DNA of 63,902 bases, counting the filler, from Octopus bimaculoides (Eukaryota): the NCBI RefSeq assembly GCF_001194135.2. It is 6 parts of 6 records of this genome, joined end to end, with 100 filler letters (N's around TTAATTAATTAA, not from the genome) between each part and the next. Parts side by side here need not be neighbours in the genome. Positions count along the whole stretch, not along the records: positions 6,042 to 25,012 come from NC_068986.1; 5 more parts are not named here. One strand, written 5' to 3'. This document shows positions 11,730-24,933 of this stretch, piece after piece (position 1 is the first letter of the stretch; each line of letters begins with the position of its first letter). The notes under the pieces are model-generated. The model worked only from the letters and a program-made list of their open reading frames with translations, was not told the origin of the DNA and ran no database searches. A program made the position numbers and the translations under genes.

Positions 11730-12958
11730 TATGTTGGAGATAGTACACAAGCATCACATAGGTAAATCATCAAGCTGGTTGATGTCCTTTTGGTACAGAA
11801 TCCAAGATTCAGCACCATAATACAATGATGTCAAAACCACTGTCTTATATACATCAGCTTTCACCTACAACAATATATCGTGGCTGTTCCAAAACCTGTG
11901 ATAAAGCTTGCTGAAAGTGGAGCTAGCCTTCTTGATTCTGGAGTCAATTTCTTTATCCATTTTAGCGTCATTGGACATAATGGAACCAGGATAGTAGAGG
12001 AGGAAACAAGTTTTAATGCTTTCCCATCAACATATACAGTAGGAGCAGCAGCAGCAGGATGGTCGCGAATGGGCTGATGGACAAGCTCAGTTTCTTGATG
12101 CTGATGGTCAAACCAAAAGCCTTCACTGCATGCAAGTTGTTTAGAATCTATTGCATGTCCTTAAGAGTATGTGCTACAAATGCACAATCATCTGCAAAGA
12201 GCAAATCTCAAACTGTTTGCAACAAAGTTTTAGTTTTTGCTTTGAAGCATTGTTGGTTGAACAAGCCACCACTGATTCTGTACTCAAAGTTTATTCCTTC
12301 TTTAACCCCCTCAAATGTTGTTTCCAAAATGATGGAGAAATACAAAACAAATAAGAGCAGTGCAAGAACACAGCCTTATTTTGTCCCCTTTGAGACTGTG
12401 AATGAATCAGATACTTCCCCACTAGATCTAACAGAAGCCATCATCCCTTGATGGAAAGAAATGATGACATCAAGCATCTTTTCGGGAACACCTAGCTTTC
12501 TAAGATCAACCCAAAGAGCATCGCTAGATTCGCTGTCAAAAGCTTTAGTTAGATCTACAAAAGTGACAAAACAGTTTTGGCTGTGCTCACCATCCTTTTA
12601 CTGCAGTTGCTTTAAGCTGAAAATCATATCCACTGTGCCTCTACCAGCCTGAAAGCTACACTGAGATTCAGGCAACACTGTTTAAGATAACCCTTCCAAG
12701 GATCTTCCCGGCAACACACAAAAGGGAGCTACTCCTATGGTTGTCACATTCACATTTGTTATCTTTGCACTTATAAAGATGGACAATAGAACTGTCTTTA
12801 AACTCCCCTGGGACTGATCCTGATTCCCAGATTAATGAGAAGAGTTCACATAATTTGTTCAGTCAGAGATTACTACCACATTTATATATCTCAGCTGGTA
12901 TGCCATCATTCCCAGATGACTTTCCATTTGTGAGCTGTTTTATGGCCTGTTTTACCTC
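11730..12958 (-). pseudogene. RTE-clade (BovB-like) LINE reverse transcriptase, decayed
   Basis: Reverse strand: EVKQAIKQLTNGKSSGNDGIPAEIYK, FVDLTKAFDS, KGTK*GCVLA, DLLFADDCAF, VYKTVVLTSLYYGAESW. Confidence 0.92.
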
Positions 12959-13419
12959 AGCATTTGATGGAGCAACTCCATACATATACATACATATATA
13001 ATAAATACATACATTATATATATACATATATATATATANNNNNNNNNNNNNNNNNNNNNNNNNNNNNNNNNNNNNNNNNNNNNNNNNNNNNNNNNNNNNN
13101 NNNNNNNNNNNNNNNNNNNNNNNNNNNNNNNNNNNNNNNNNNNNNNNNNNNNNNNNNNNNNNNNNNNNNNNNNNNNNNNNNNNNNNNNNNNNNNNNNNNN
13201 NNNNNNNNNNNNNNNNNNNNNNNNNNNNNNNNNNNNNNNNNNNNNNNNNNNNNNNNNNNNNNNNNNNNNNNNNNNNNNNNNNNNNNNNNNNNNNNNNNNN
13301 NNNNNNNNNNNNNNNNNNNATTTTTGCTACTATTTCTAGCGAGTAGATGTCCTATTATAGGCGTCTCTGCATTTCAAATGAATATATATATATATATATA
13401 TATATATAATGAGACACAA

Positions 13420-13563
13420 GCATGACTGTATAGTAAGAAATTTGCTTCTTGACTACATGGTCTCAGTTTGAATCCCACTATATGGCACCTTAGGCAAGTT
13501 TCTTCTACTACAGACCCAGGGCAGCCAAGGGCTTGGAAACGGATTGGTAGGTGGAAACTAGAA
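13420..13563 (+). mobile_element. CORE-like tRNA SINE
   Basis: TAGTAAGAAATTTGCTTC...GGCACCTTAGGCAAGTTTCTTCTACTA...GGTAGGTGGAAACT, homologous to other copies in the window. Confidence 0.7.
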
Positions 13564-13699
13564 GACACTAAGGCCAATCTCAAAAGAGATACATACAAAG
13601 AAGATGACAGAAGACTGAGATGTATGGTACATTGTTGTACTCAGGAAGATCCGCCCACCACAATGAAATTGATATCTTAAAACCAAGGTGCCACATAAA

Positions 13700-13932
13700 A
13701 AGAATTGGTGTGTGTGCTAGTGTCCCGTAAAAAGTACTGATACTAGTACTGCATAAAAAGCAACCAATATATTCTGCTGAGTGGTCGGAGGTAGGGAGGG
13801 TATCCAGCCATAGAAATCGAGCCAAAACAGACTATAAAACCCGGTGCGGCCCCTAGTCCTACCAGTTCCTGTTAAGCCGTCCAACCCATGCCATCATGGA
13901 AAACGGATGTTAAATAATGATGATGATGATGA
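13700..13932 (+). mobile_element. Abundant retroposon 3' end (probably RTE-tail) ending in (TGA)n
   Basis: CCGTCCAACCCATGCCATCATGGAAAACGGATGTTAAA(TGA)n; reverse copies at 20087-20306 and 26160-26350. Confidence 0.7.
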
Positions 13933-14574
13933 TGTGTGTGTGCGTCCGTGCGTGTGTTTTGCAGTCTTTTTGCCTTGATTCCATGTGACAGTTGTAAACA
14001 AATGTTAGCATGCAGTTTGCATACTTCATTTACAATCTTCCAGAAAACCACGTCTAATCATAGGGAATATTACCTTACTTGGCAACAGGAAGGGCATCCA
14101 TTTCTAGACCTACCTTGACAACTTCTGTCTGACCCATGCAAGCATTGTAGTCTTTTTCTCTTTTCCATAAGCAGTAAAGAAAAACTATAAATATAGGAAT
14201 TAAGTGTTTACTACAATTAGGAATAGGGATAAAATGTTTCCTTTATATATTATTTTGACATTTCCCCCTTGGTATTTACAAAGATCCCAAATGCATGAAG
14301 CGACGCCCCCTAACTGGCGGCTACCTAAATTACCGGTGTTTACGTATACACATGCATGTATATACGTAGACTAATTCTCTCGCTGGAGAGGTAAAAGATT
14401 TTTATACTTAAAGGTGGTCCCAATGATCAAGATCAGTCATGGCATTTATTTCTTTTTAACCTTTGATTTGTACAAATTTTCTGTTTGTTATGTTTATGTT
14501 TTTGTAGAATTTTCCGTTTGTTGTGTTTTTGTAAAGTTATTTGTTTGTTGTGTGTGTTTATTGAACTTTTGAAG

Positions 14575-14620
<46 letters not shown>

Positions 14621-14720
14621 CAGATTGCTAGATTTCGAATGCTTAAATACCGTACACGAAACTCTCTGCCCTTGAGTCATATTTGTAACTTTTAGCAGAT
14701 TAATATATACTGGCTAACTG

Positions 14721-15100
14721 GATGTGTAATTCACTATCGCGCGACTAAAGTGTAACGTGAGAAAGGAAATTAGTCAATGTGTGTGTGTGCACGCATACGA
14801 GCTGAGAGACGCAACTTGCAAATCCCAGTCAAAATAAATTTGACTCTGTTATCAGTAACAGAGTAACGCCAACAGTAATTACTGCTCACTTCTCATCCTA
14901 AGAAGTGCTTTAAAATAAGAATATCATTCATATATACATATACATACATATACACGCACACACCCACATATACATACATATACGCGCACACACCCACATA
15001 TACGTACACACACACACACGCGCATATATGTATACTGAGTTTGATGTAAATCACTATGCGCGCGACTAAAGCGGACAGCGTGAAATGTAATTAGTCAATG
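14721..15100 (+). promoter_or_regulatory. Putative IPPK promoter with duplicated ~58-bp CpG-containing module
   Basis: TCACTAT(G)CGCGCGACTAAAG..CGTGA..AATTAGTCAATG at 14721-14778 and 15043-15100, 155 bp upstream of the IPPK ATG. Confidence 0.45.
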
Positions 15101-15255
15101 AGTGCGACAACAACGAAGAGGTGGAGGAAACCGGTTAAGGCAAGGTTTCGTAGTTGGTACAAACGATGCGCTTTCATTAACAACGAGAAATCCTTTGCAA
15201 TGTGGAACTGTAATGAGTAACTCTCTTTTACAGAAAACTACAAAAGCGCTATAGG

Positions 15256-15324
15256 ATGGCGGTAAACGAACATTGGATATACCGTGGAGAAGGCAACGTA
15301 AATATGGTTCTGTCAGATATCAAG
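15256..15324 (+). CDS. IPPK: Inositol-pentakisphosphate 2-kinase, first coding exon
   Basis: ATG...AAG|GTAAAT encodes MAVNEHWIYRGEGNVNMVLSDIK; W-x-Y-x-GEG-N-x-N/S-x-V is the N-terminal ATP-binding motif of IPK1/IPPK (human EWGYHGEGNKSLV). Upstream acceptor CTCTCTTTTACAG ends at 15233. Absent from the ORF track because it is short. Confidence 0.8.
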
Positions 15325-18300
15325 GTAAATTTATTCTAGATTCTACTCTGTCTATCCGATTGCATCAGTTTTGATCATTACTGCATCGTCTTGTGTTTTT
15401 TCCTCTTCCTTGTGGATTATGTGTTTTCGTTGTTACAGCAATTTTGTTATTGCGAAACCGCATACGAGAAGCAACCTTTGACAGTGGGTAATTTAATTTT
15501 CGCTGTGAAATTTCGAAAAATATTACTGGATTTTAATTATTACAGTGTAAATTTTAAAATAGTTTAATGTCTTAATGTTACTTCATTATAGTATTCTTCT
15601 ATGATGCATATTTTTTTAATTAACTGTAATGTCACACAGATTCTTAGAATATTCTATTTTCACACATGTTAACATGGAATAATTATATCGATAATTAAAC
15701 AATTAAATAATCTAATGAAGATAGAACTACAATTAATATGAGCTAGAAGGAAAGCCAAAAATCGTAATTTGTTAAAATTTCTTTTCTAATTTGCTAACTT
15801 AAAGTTACATTTATAATATTTGACTTTACACTAAAATCATTCATTATTCGATCAAATATCGTTTGCTGTACTCTTAACAGTTGAATTGAATGTTAAATCG
15901 ACCAATAGCTTCTACCCATCCACATTTCTCTGTCCTATACATTATGTTTGTATGAAACATCAACAAAGAAACTGCTGTTTACTCATTTGTAATTGGAGTT
16001 TGATAAAAAAAAAAATTAAAAAAAAGAAATCTCCGTTCATATTTCGTTTTATTTTTAAATGGGAAAATTACATGAGGGACTAGGATTTTTTAAGTGTTAA
16101 TTATTAAAAGTTTAAGTTTACAAGAACAAAATATGTTTAGTATTTTTATCGCGAAATAGAAACGATTTAAAAATTATATAAATTTTGTTTCTTAATGTAT
16201 GTGGAGTCGATAAAATAAATACCAGTAATCCATTCTACTATATTCTTCCTTAATAAATTTCTGGCTTGCCTCTAACTTTGCAATCATATCTATTTTCAGA
16301 TATGTATCATACGTATGTTTCCTTTAAGTTACCAAAGCCATTATTCATTTACATGTTCCAAATTAAAGCTGGATCCAAGTTAGTGCGTATAGTTCTGCAC
16401 ATAAACATTTCTTTGTCGCGAAAAAGATTTATATATATATATATTATGCCCGGAAATCTTTATGTTTAGGACCTAGAGTATATTCCATTTTCATTTTCAC
16501 TCCACCTTTTATATATGTGCGTATGTGTGTGTGATTGAATAGCGATTGTAAAATTCGTATAAAAAAATTTCTGGATTATTTAATTTTATCAATCTCCATA
16601 TTGTTAATTTCAATTTCGGTAAGGAACTGTAATTTCTTTATGCAGTATGGTTTTGATGTAGATTTTTATCTGCGAGATTGCACGCTTGATGGTCTGAGGT
16701 TTCATATGTTTACAAACTGAACTAATGTATATTAGGAAAAAAATCAAAAAAAAACCAAGCAACTGGTTTTCATAGATAAAGGACAGTAATTTGTAAAAAA
16801 ATAGAAAAACAAAAGAAACTTAATAAGTTTTTATTATAGATTTACTCAATTCAGTTTCTTTCGCTCTTTTTTCTCTCTTTTTTTCTTCTTTTTAGCAACA
16901 CAGATAAAGGAAATAATTGCAATGTTAATAAATAAATCGGGATTATATTTTAATTGTTTTTGTTTAATCTATTTGACAATGTGCTCTTCTGTAAGACATT
17001 AGATTCTATATTATTCCGAGAATAACTTTTTTTTTCATCTGTTTCGGGGAAAATGTCATTTTTGATTACCCACATGTCAAGCCTCAAAATAAAAATATGA
17101 ATAAACTGTATAGTATTAATTGTTGCCGATATATCTGTTTACTCTGAATTTCAGATTTTACATGTGAATGGATGCTTAATATTGTTGTTTCCACGTTACC
17201 GACAGTGACTAAAATAGAATAACTTATGCTGATAGGAGGTTTTAGCAAGTTTTGAACTCGGGGTGTTTTTAGTCTTTACTTCGTATTTGCGGTACCTCGT
17301 TTATTTATGCTTAGATTTGGTTTTTATTTGCTTTAGGTTTTAATTATTAGACATTAAATGTCCGGGTGAAAGTCAGAATCCGAGGAAACTGATAATGGAT
17401 TGTGTCGGCAACTTCAATAGAATGATTCAGTTAGTTGAATTGGTGTTATCAGTGAATACTCTAACATTTTGGGTCTTTGCCTCTCATCTGAAAGTGGGGA
17501 AGAGAGAAAAAGTAGTGTTGTTACCTGCACTGTCCGCTCTTCGCGACAATTGAATTAATCGAAATCTACTCTCCTTGTTGTTAGGGAATCAGAATTTAAT
17601 GTGGTAGTGAGTTATAAAGAAAATCAGTGCTTTTCAAAGAGATTAAACCTGATTGCCACTGAATCTGCATTGGTACGGGAGACAGAAATGATAACAATAG
17701 AAGGAAGAGATGCTTTTGAATACTAATAGTAAACACACACCCACTCACTCTTTATCTTATATTGGCAAGTGATGTTTAAAGTATCGATCAGCTGTATGCC
17801 AGCAGGCCTACAAGTATGTACTGCCAATTGAATAGTTGGTGATGAATCATGAACTTATGGGGCCTAATTTCACAGCAATAATAAATACATGCAGATATGA
17901 CTATTTAGTCGAAACCAATAAAAATAGATAACTTTATTCACTTATTTTACTCCTTCTTCTAGTGTAATACTGATACTTATTTTATAAATTCCCAACCAGA
18001 TTAATAAGCTTAAGAATTAACGATAGCAGAATTTCAATAGATAAACTATTGATAAGCTATTCAGAAAGTCAAGTGGGATCGATGCCTGACCTTTTAGAGC
18101 CTTATTTAGTTTCATCAAACCTTTTTGCAATCCTTCCCTGCCTTTAGTGACACTAACTCTTAAGACAGTCACAGGAATGTTTATTCAAGCTGTGCTGCTA
18201 ATAAACTACTACTCTCTTTAATTTTGTCGTTTATAAATTGCCTTTTTGCTGTTTTTCAATTGTGAACTGTTTCTCTCATGTTACCTATTTTACTAATTGG

Positions 18301-19344
18301 TCTGAACGAATCAGTTGAGTGTCTTTAAGACCAATGACTGGAGACAAGCATTACTTAGCACACGAGGACAAGATTCTGCCTGCCAACTTGACTAACTGTG
18401 ACATAAACATATTACTCTATCCGTTAAATATATGTAGCATTTGTTTTATAATCTTACAATTTCATCTTGTTTTCATATAATCTATTTGGTAAAATAGCTA
18501 TTACAATATAAGCAGACAATGTAACGGTCTGCATCTCCTAGATTTTACACATTATCAGTTCTGTACTCTTTCATCATTAGTGTGCAGTGACGAATATTGA
18601 TACATTGGTGCACATTGAGATTAGATACGGTGCACATTGGGATTAGATACATTAATCCCTTTTCTTATTACTCCACCTTAGATCACCTCTTACTCTTTTA
18701 ATACAAAACTCCATTTTAATGTGCCCATAGTTTAATTGAAGCCTTTCATAATTTTATGTAAAGAAACTCTTAACTAAAACATGCTTATACACTCAACATT
18801 AAACCTAACAATCTGCAAAAAATTCTCACATTGTATGCTTGGCTGGTGTGCAGTAAGTGCCTTTGTTAAGCAGTCAAGTTTGTCTGGTAGTAAGAGACAA
18901 CTTCCATTTAAACTTATTTATGTTTCAACTTCACCTCTATCTTCCATCATTGCTATTATGTTATGCACATGAGCAATATTTACTTCACAAAACTACATTC
19001 TCAAAAACTTTTTCACCTGTTTTCTACTAAATAGCAATCACAAAAGTTCATACTAAACATTAACTCTGTCAAAATTATCAGAGTCCTTATTCCTCAGTTT
19101 GATAGATCCTAGAAATCTGATTAAACTGTAAAAACATTCTCCAAAATTTTAATCAAAAAGCTAAATTTTATTTCGCTTTGTTTTTTATTCCTTGAAGTAC
19201 TAGAATGCAAATTTGCTTCTGAAATAACTTCTAATTCTAAACAAAGACATCTTTTGCTCTAGAATGCTACATTTACATATGATATGATGTAGAGGCACCT
19301 CTCACATATTTATTTTGTTGTTGTTGCTGTTATTATAATATGGT

Positions 19345-19580
19345 GGCAGGTGGCAAGCAGGCAGAATTGTTATCACACCAGACAAAATGCTTAGCAGCAT
19401 TTTGTTCATCTTTACATTCTGAGTTTAAATTCTGCTGAGGTCAAGTTTGCCTTTCCTTCTTTCATGAGTCAGTGAAATAAGTACCAGTTACGCACTGTTA
19501 CACATTGGGGTTTATGTAATCAACTAGCCCCCCACCACCACCAATTTCAGGCCTTGGGCTTATAATAGAAAGGATTATTA
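19345..19580 (+). mobile_element. tRNA-derived SINE (family C; CTTTC..GGTC..AAATAAGTACCAG central domain)
   Basis: Homologous to reverse copies at 24300-24500 and 35420-35548 and fragments at 33710 and 55530-55920. Confidence 0.7.
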
Positions 19581-20086
19581 TATGATGGGTATCGGAATTA
19601 GCAGTAGCCTGATCAAAATGTCTTGTAGCATTCAGTCGTATCATTACACTTTGAATTCACATTCATAGTCAACTTTAACACATAAAGCGCAACGGGCCAT
19701 GAGCGTGGCCCAGATAGATGCATTTAATTTATAGGCGTTTGTTGGGGTCTAATGTCACTCAAATGCTCCAGTACCCCCCGGAATGAAAGAGGACTAATAG
19801 TTCAACTAATGATTTTTCAGGTGATGTAAAACTTGCCACCATTATATACTAAGAAGATATTTTAACTTTTTTTTTTTTCGTTTTTTTATGTGTGCACGGG
19901 AGTCTCACTTTCATAAAATGTGCTCAGCAGACCATGCTATGTAAGTGCAAATCCCAGTGCTTTATGGGTTAACTTTCATCTTTCCTGAACCAATAAAATA
20001 AGTTTCCTATAGACTTCTCGTATCTTTTAGAAGAGTATGAACAACAAAATCACATTTCCCTTCTCTTATGAATCTGATGCCTTTCT

Positions 20087-20306
20087 CATCATCATCATTA
20101 TCGTTTAACGTCCGCTTTCCATGCTGGCATGGGTTGGACAGTTTGACTGGGGACTGGCGAGCCACATGGCTGCACTAAGCTCCAATCTGATCTGGCAGAA
20201 TTTCTACAGCTGGATGCCCTTTCTAACGCCAACCACTCTGAGAGTGTACTGAGTGCTTTTACATGCCACCAGCATGAGGGCCAGTCAGGCAGTACTGGCA
20301 ATGACC
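20087..20306 (-). mobile_element. Retroposon 3' end (same family as 13700-13932)
   Basis: (TCA)n-TTAACGTCCGCTTTCCATGCTGGCATGGGTTGGAC...GGATGCCCTTTCTAACGCCAACCAC. Confidence 0.75.
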
Positions 20307-22938
20307 TGTAGGAAATTATGTTTAATTCTTGAAACTATCAAGTTTGTTCATTACTCTGAAGAACATAGGATACATGTCCCTATGAATTTGAAAGGTTTAG
20401 GATTTTGTCAGTGAAGATAATATTTAATGAAAAGTACTGTGATAATAGGTTTAGCTTTTCAATTGAAGAACTCTTTTAAAATAACTCAAAAGCACCCTCT
20501 CAACTCCTACCACAAGTCTGTGGCTTTGTTCAATTAGCCAATTTCAGTTCAAACTCTCTCTTTGTTTATGTCATTTGCAGCATGTTCCGCTGTAGACATT
20601 TAGTAGATTAGCTAGTAACAACAATACAACTGAATCTTACTCATTATAAAAGTTCCAGACTATTGTTTACCATGAATAGAAATCAGGTTTGTTATGATGC
20701 CATTTTGGCCAAGGTAAGTGAGTTTTGTCTGTTAATAAGTTGATTACAATGATTTTGCTTTGAATACTCCTGGCTTTCAATGAAAATTCTATTATAATTA
20801 TACAATGCTTGTATTTCCTTTGCTATAATTAACAAAAGAGGTTTGCGTATCATGTGATTTGGGGTGTTATTGTTTTTTTGTTTGTTTTTTTTTAACCAAT
20901 ACACTTGAGGTTTTTGTGTTATATTTTTAATCTTTTCTGTGCATTGGGTTTTGGTTAAAAAAAAGCGAGGATAAATACATTACTTGCAAAGAATTCTCAA
21001 ACCAGTTTTTCCCTGCAATTTTTTTTCTTTTTTCCAGTGATTGGCATTGCACAAGCCTGATAAAACAAAATTAGATTTGCTCTATATGTTAAAAATTTAT
21101 CTCACTTCAGGGTCAGTTGATTTTTGTTTGCTTTGGACTCTATCATAGAAACTAGCTAACAGGAGTCTCTCTATTATTTCCAGCAAGCCATCCTGAACAG
21201 TCTTTGGTCTGCAGTTCATGACTGTTCCTGTTTTTAATTATTATCCTAATGCATCTAATTATTCTTAGAAGTTTTGCTTCACTGCAGTTTTACAAGAAAT
21301 TATATTCCATCTATTGTGTCATATTTGTTTTTGTTAATGCCTCCACCAGTAATAAATTTGCAGAAAATATAACCCATTGTACAGTTATTACAGCACTTTG
21401 CTATTAACACTGCCAAGTCAAGGATACATCAAAGCAGACATTCATGATAGAAGCAAGCATTCTGTTTTGGGTGACATGCCTGATATTAGTACCTAGAATT
21501 TTCACCGTCTCCTGTTTTTTTAGTGCCTTTTCCAGAGTTTATTTAGACCAGACTTCTAGCTATTTTCCTACCAATAGTGACCTGTAGATTTTCACATTGG
21601 GCATAGGTCATATCATTCTCACCATTGTAAGAAAGTTTGCATTGTGTTTCCTTCTTTAACTGAAGAAAAATGTCTCTTGCCATCATTTGTCTTACTATAT
21701 GTATTGTGCCTCTATAACCAACATACTTTAGTTTGTACATCTGATAAAGAAATTCCTGTTACATCAATGTTGGATGGTTAGTGATTAGAAAAGGAAAACA
21801 ACATCAAGCCATTCCAAAAATATTCAAATAACTAAATTTGCAACAAAAAAGAAAAACCTTCCCACCCATGCTAATATCAAAAGTGGGTATAAGCCTGCAT
21901 AGTGGGACAGGTCTTCTCCAGTACAATTTTTCACAGTCTTAACCACTTCTAAAATCTTCCTCCTCTACTTGACTCCTTTCACTGGGATAGATTTCACCCA
22001 ACCATCATCTTTTTCATATATATCACCTAACCATACCAGCACAGCTCTTTTTGTTCTCTTGATCACAACTGATTTTTCATTACACATCCAATGGAACACG
22101 CTCACCTCATTTCTGTCTGACTATCACCAATCCTCTTTCAATATCCATATTTCACTACCTAAGCAGTATTATATGTCACAAGGACCATACAGTTTGCCCT
22201 TCATTGAGAGAAAGAGAGAGAGAGAATCCCTTTGTTGACAAAAGATTTAATAGCTGTGGACTAGTTAGATGAGCTATGAATACTTTGGTTAGACTGCATC
22301 TCTTTCCCCATATAAAACCGAGTCCATCTTAGATTTTTTTATGAGACCGTTTATGAACATTATACTTATTACAAAAGTTACCTACCGGAGGCTGTATCAC
22401 TGATTACCAATAGGGAGTCATGATTATATGCTGTTTTGACTAAGAATTGGCTAGCTACATATTAATGTAGCAAGAGGCAGGAAACCCTCATTCATCATAG
22501 ACAAATGATTCTTTTTAACCTGAGGTTGAACAACAACCATGAATCTTGTCATCTCAAAAACTCCCGAAACCTCTATACTAATTGCCCTGCACTTCAATAT
22601 TATATGTAGCCATGTTTTGGCATGAAGTCATGGAAAATTTGATTGATTGTACAAATGAAGCTGTAATATGATTGGATGGAATTCAAGTCAAGTTACCTGA
22701 TATGTTGCGGCTTATTTCTCATTACTGAACTTACACAGTTTCAATTCTAAACACCACTACAAGCTCCCTGATTTTTTTCACTTCACTCCTTACTCTGACT
22801 ACAATGCTTTTTTTAAAAGCCAACTTTATTCAGATGTGGCAGCATAGTACAATGAAGTAAGATGATCTTTATTGTTTTTGTTTCTATAACTTGTGGCCAT
22901 CATGACACTAAGATTGTGTACTGAATAATTTAAGATCC

Positions 22939-23167
22939 TTAACCCTTTAGTGTTCACATTATTCAACCATAATTAATGCTTTTTCATCCACATTGTTTTG
23001 AACTAATCATGCATTATCTTGTAGCTATGAGATTTTGATGAGGTAGCTGTTAATTTTTAAAACCATATTGTAGGGTTGGTGTGAGAAACCAGATCTGGCC
23101 AGTTTGAACATAGAATAGGCAGAATACCTTTGGCCGGATATGGCCGGTTTAAATGCTAAAGGGTTAA
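22939..23167. mobile_element. piggyBac-type MITE with TTAA target-site duplication
   Basis: TTAA-CCCTTTAG...CTAAAGGG-TTAA terminal inverted repeats; ~220-bp non-coding interior. Confidence 0.85.
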
Positions 23168-23263
23168 ATCACATTCTATTGATAATATATAATCTGGCTG
23201 ATGTCAATCAACAATTATTTGTTGTGGCCACAAATACCTTGTTTTGGTTTTTTTCTCACACAT

Positions 23264-23625
23264 TTTACTTGTTTCAGTCATTAGACTGGCCACACTGGGG
23301 CACCATCTTCATGAATTTTATTCAAATGAATCAACCCCAATACTTATTTCTTTTTTAAGCTTGGTACTTATTTTATCTGTCACTTTTGTCAAACTACCAA
23401 GTTAAAAGGACATGAACACACACATATATACTGGGTGTATATATACACTCTTCAATTTCCATCTACCAAGTCCACTCACAAGGCTTTGGTCAGCCCAAGG
23501 CTGTAGAAAAAGACACTTGCCCACCTTGGGTAAGTGTCTCCTTATATATGGTTCTAGGTTCAGTGGAACTAAACCTAGAACCATGTGGTTGAAAAGCAAA
23601 CTTCTAGCCACACAGTCACACTTTC
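23264..23625 (-). mobile_element. Composite SINE: CORE-like head, short (CA/TA)n spacer, unit A
   Basis: Both modules match other copies in the window; same arrangement at 26370-26620. Confidence 0.7.
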
Positions 23626-24299
23626 GTGACACGCTTAAAATTTTATATTTTTTATGTTCTTGAGCATTTGATGGCTTTGTAAAGGGAAGCTTTTTTTGGT
23701 TCTTTTAACTAGATTATTGGAATGGATGTTAGCTGTTCTCAGATTAGTTTACAAAGTTAAATATGTGTAGTTGATGTATCAGTTACACTGTAAAGCATGT
23801 AACTTTTCTGCTTATAGTGTAAGTCTACAAGTGAGCCTCTACACATTTAATATGCTAGGAATAATAACCAGATCTCCCTCAGATGATATCTATCATCTTA
23901 AAGGAAAAATGAATGTAGATCTAGATATACAAAATAGATGGGATGGTTACAATTGAAATGCCTTAGACCTAGTGTTGAAAAACAACTTTATTTGGCTGTG
24001 AAGTAGTTTCCACTCCCCCTCACTTGAGTGGCTACTGTTAGAATGGCATTCTGAAGTAAAAAGTTATAAATTTTACTGATTGTAAATAACCAAATATCCA
24101 TGTACACAAAAATGTTGTCTTCAAAATAGCTTTTAAAACTCATTACAAACCTTACTGTTTTATATTGTATTCAAGCAGTTTCTTATTCTGTACATGAATT
24201 CTTTCAGTAGTGATTGTTTCCATCTTTCTGCTGCTACTGCTTTTGATGTTACAAACAACCTCATCAGAATTTTAGAACTTCATAAAATATCCTTTATAA

Positions 24300-24500
24300 C
24301 ATTGGCACAAAGCCTGAAATTTTGAGTGGACGGGCTAACCAATCACATCAACCTCAGTGTTCAACTGGTACTTATTTTATCAGCCTCGAACGGGTGAAAG
24401 GCAAAGTTGACCTCAACAGAATTTGAACTCAAAACATGAAGATGGACAAAATGTCATAAAGCATCTTGTCCAGCAGTCATGATTCTACCAGCTTGTCACC
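24300..24500 (-). mobile_element. SINE family C
   Basis: CTGGTACTTATTTTATCAGCCTCGAACGGGTGAAAGGCAAAGTTGACCTCAACAGAATTTGAACTC. Confidence 0.75.
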
Positions 24501-24933
24501 AGAACTTCATAAAATATCAATATCTGACCCCACTCAATATTTTTGGGCAGTTCAAGACTTAGCTAGCCCAAGGCTACTTCAGTATTTCAAACCTTTTATG
24601 TTGTGTATTTTCATGGGAAATGAGTCTTGCTTCCAAATATATATTGATGGTAAACTTTGCTCTTCCAAACTTGCTATCTGCATTCCTCATGTGGATCTCT
24701 GTGTTTCTTTTTCACTAATATATATGTACATGCACATATATATTTGTATATATGCATGTACATATACATGTTTGTGTGAGTGTGTCATATGTAGAGATTA
24801 TGAACACAAGAGGTTTTATGTCTATGTATTGTGAGAATATGGTTGCGTATATTTTTTATCTTTTATATTTTTTCCTACCTATTAGAGTGACTTCCCTTTT
24901 ATTCAACAGTTTTTCTTAGTGTCTATTGCCATT

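Noticed and set aside
12059-12652. Plus-strand ORFs of 60-130 aa
   Set aside because: Antisense to the RTE reverse transcriptase.
15439-15487. Splice-bounded segment as IPPK exon 2
   Set aside because: In the required phase it reads QFCYCETAYEKQPLTV, without the expected VLR-x-x-K motif.
19686-19800. GC-rich hairpins with a UGAG loop as a scaRNA
   Set aside because: No ANANNA or ACA box; the reverse strand resembles an L2/CR1-type SINE tail (GCATTTGAG...GCCTATAAAT).
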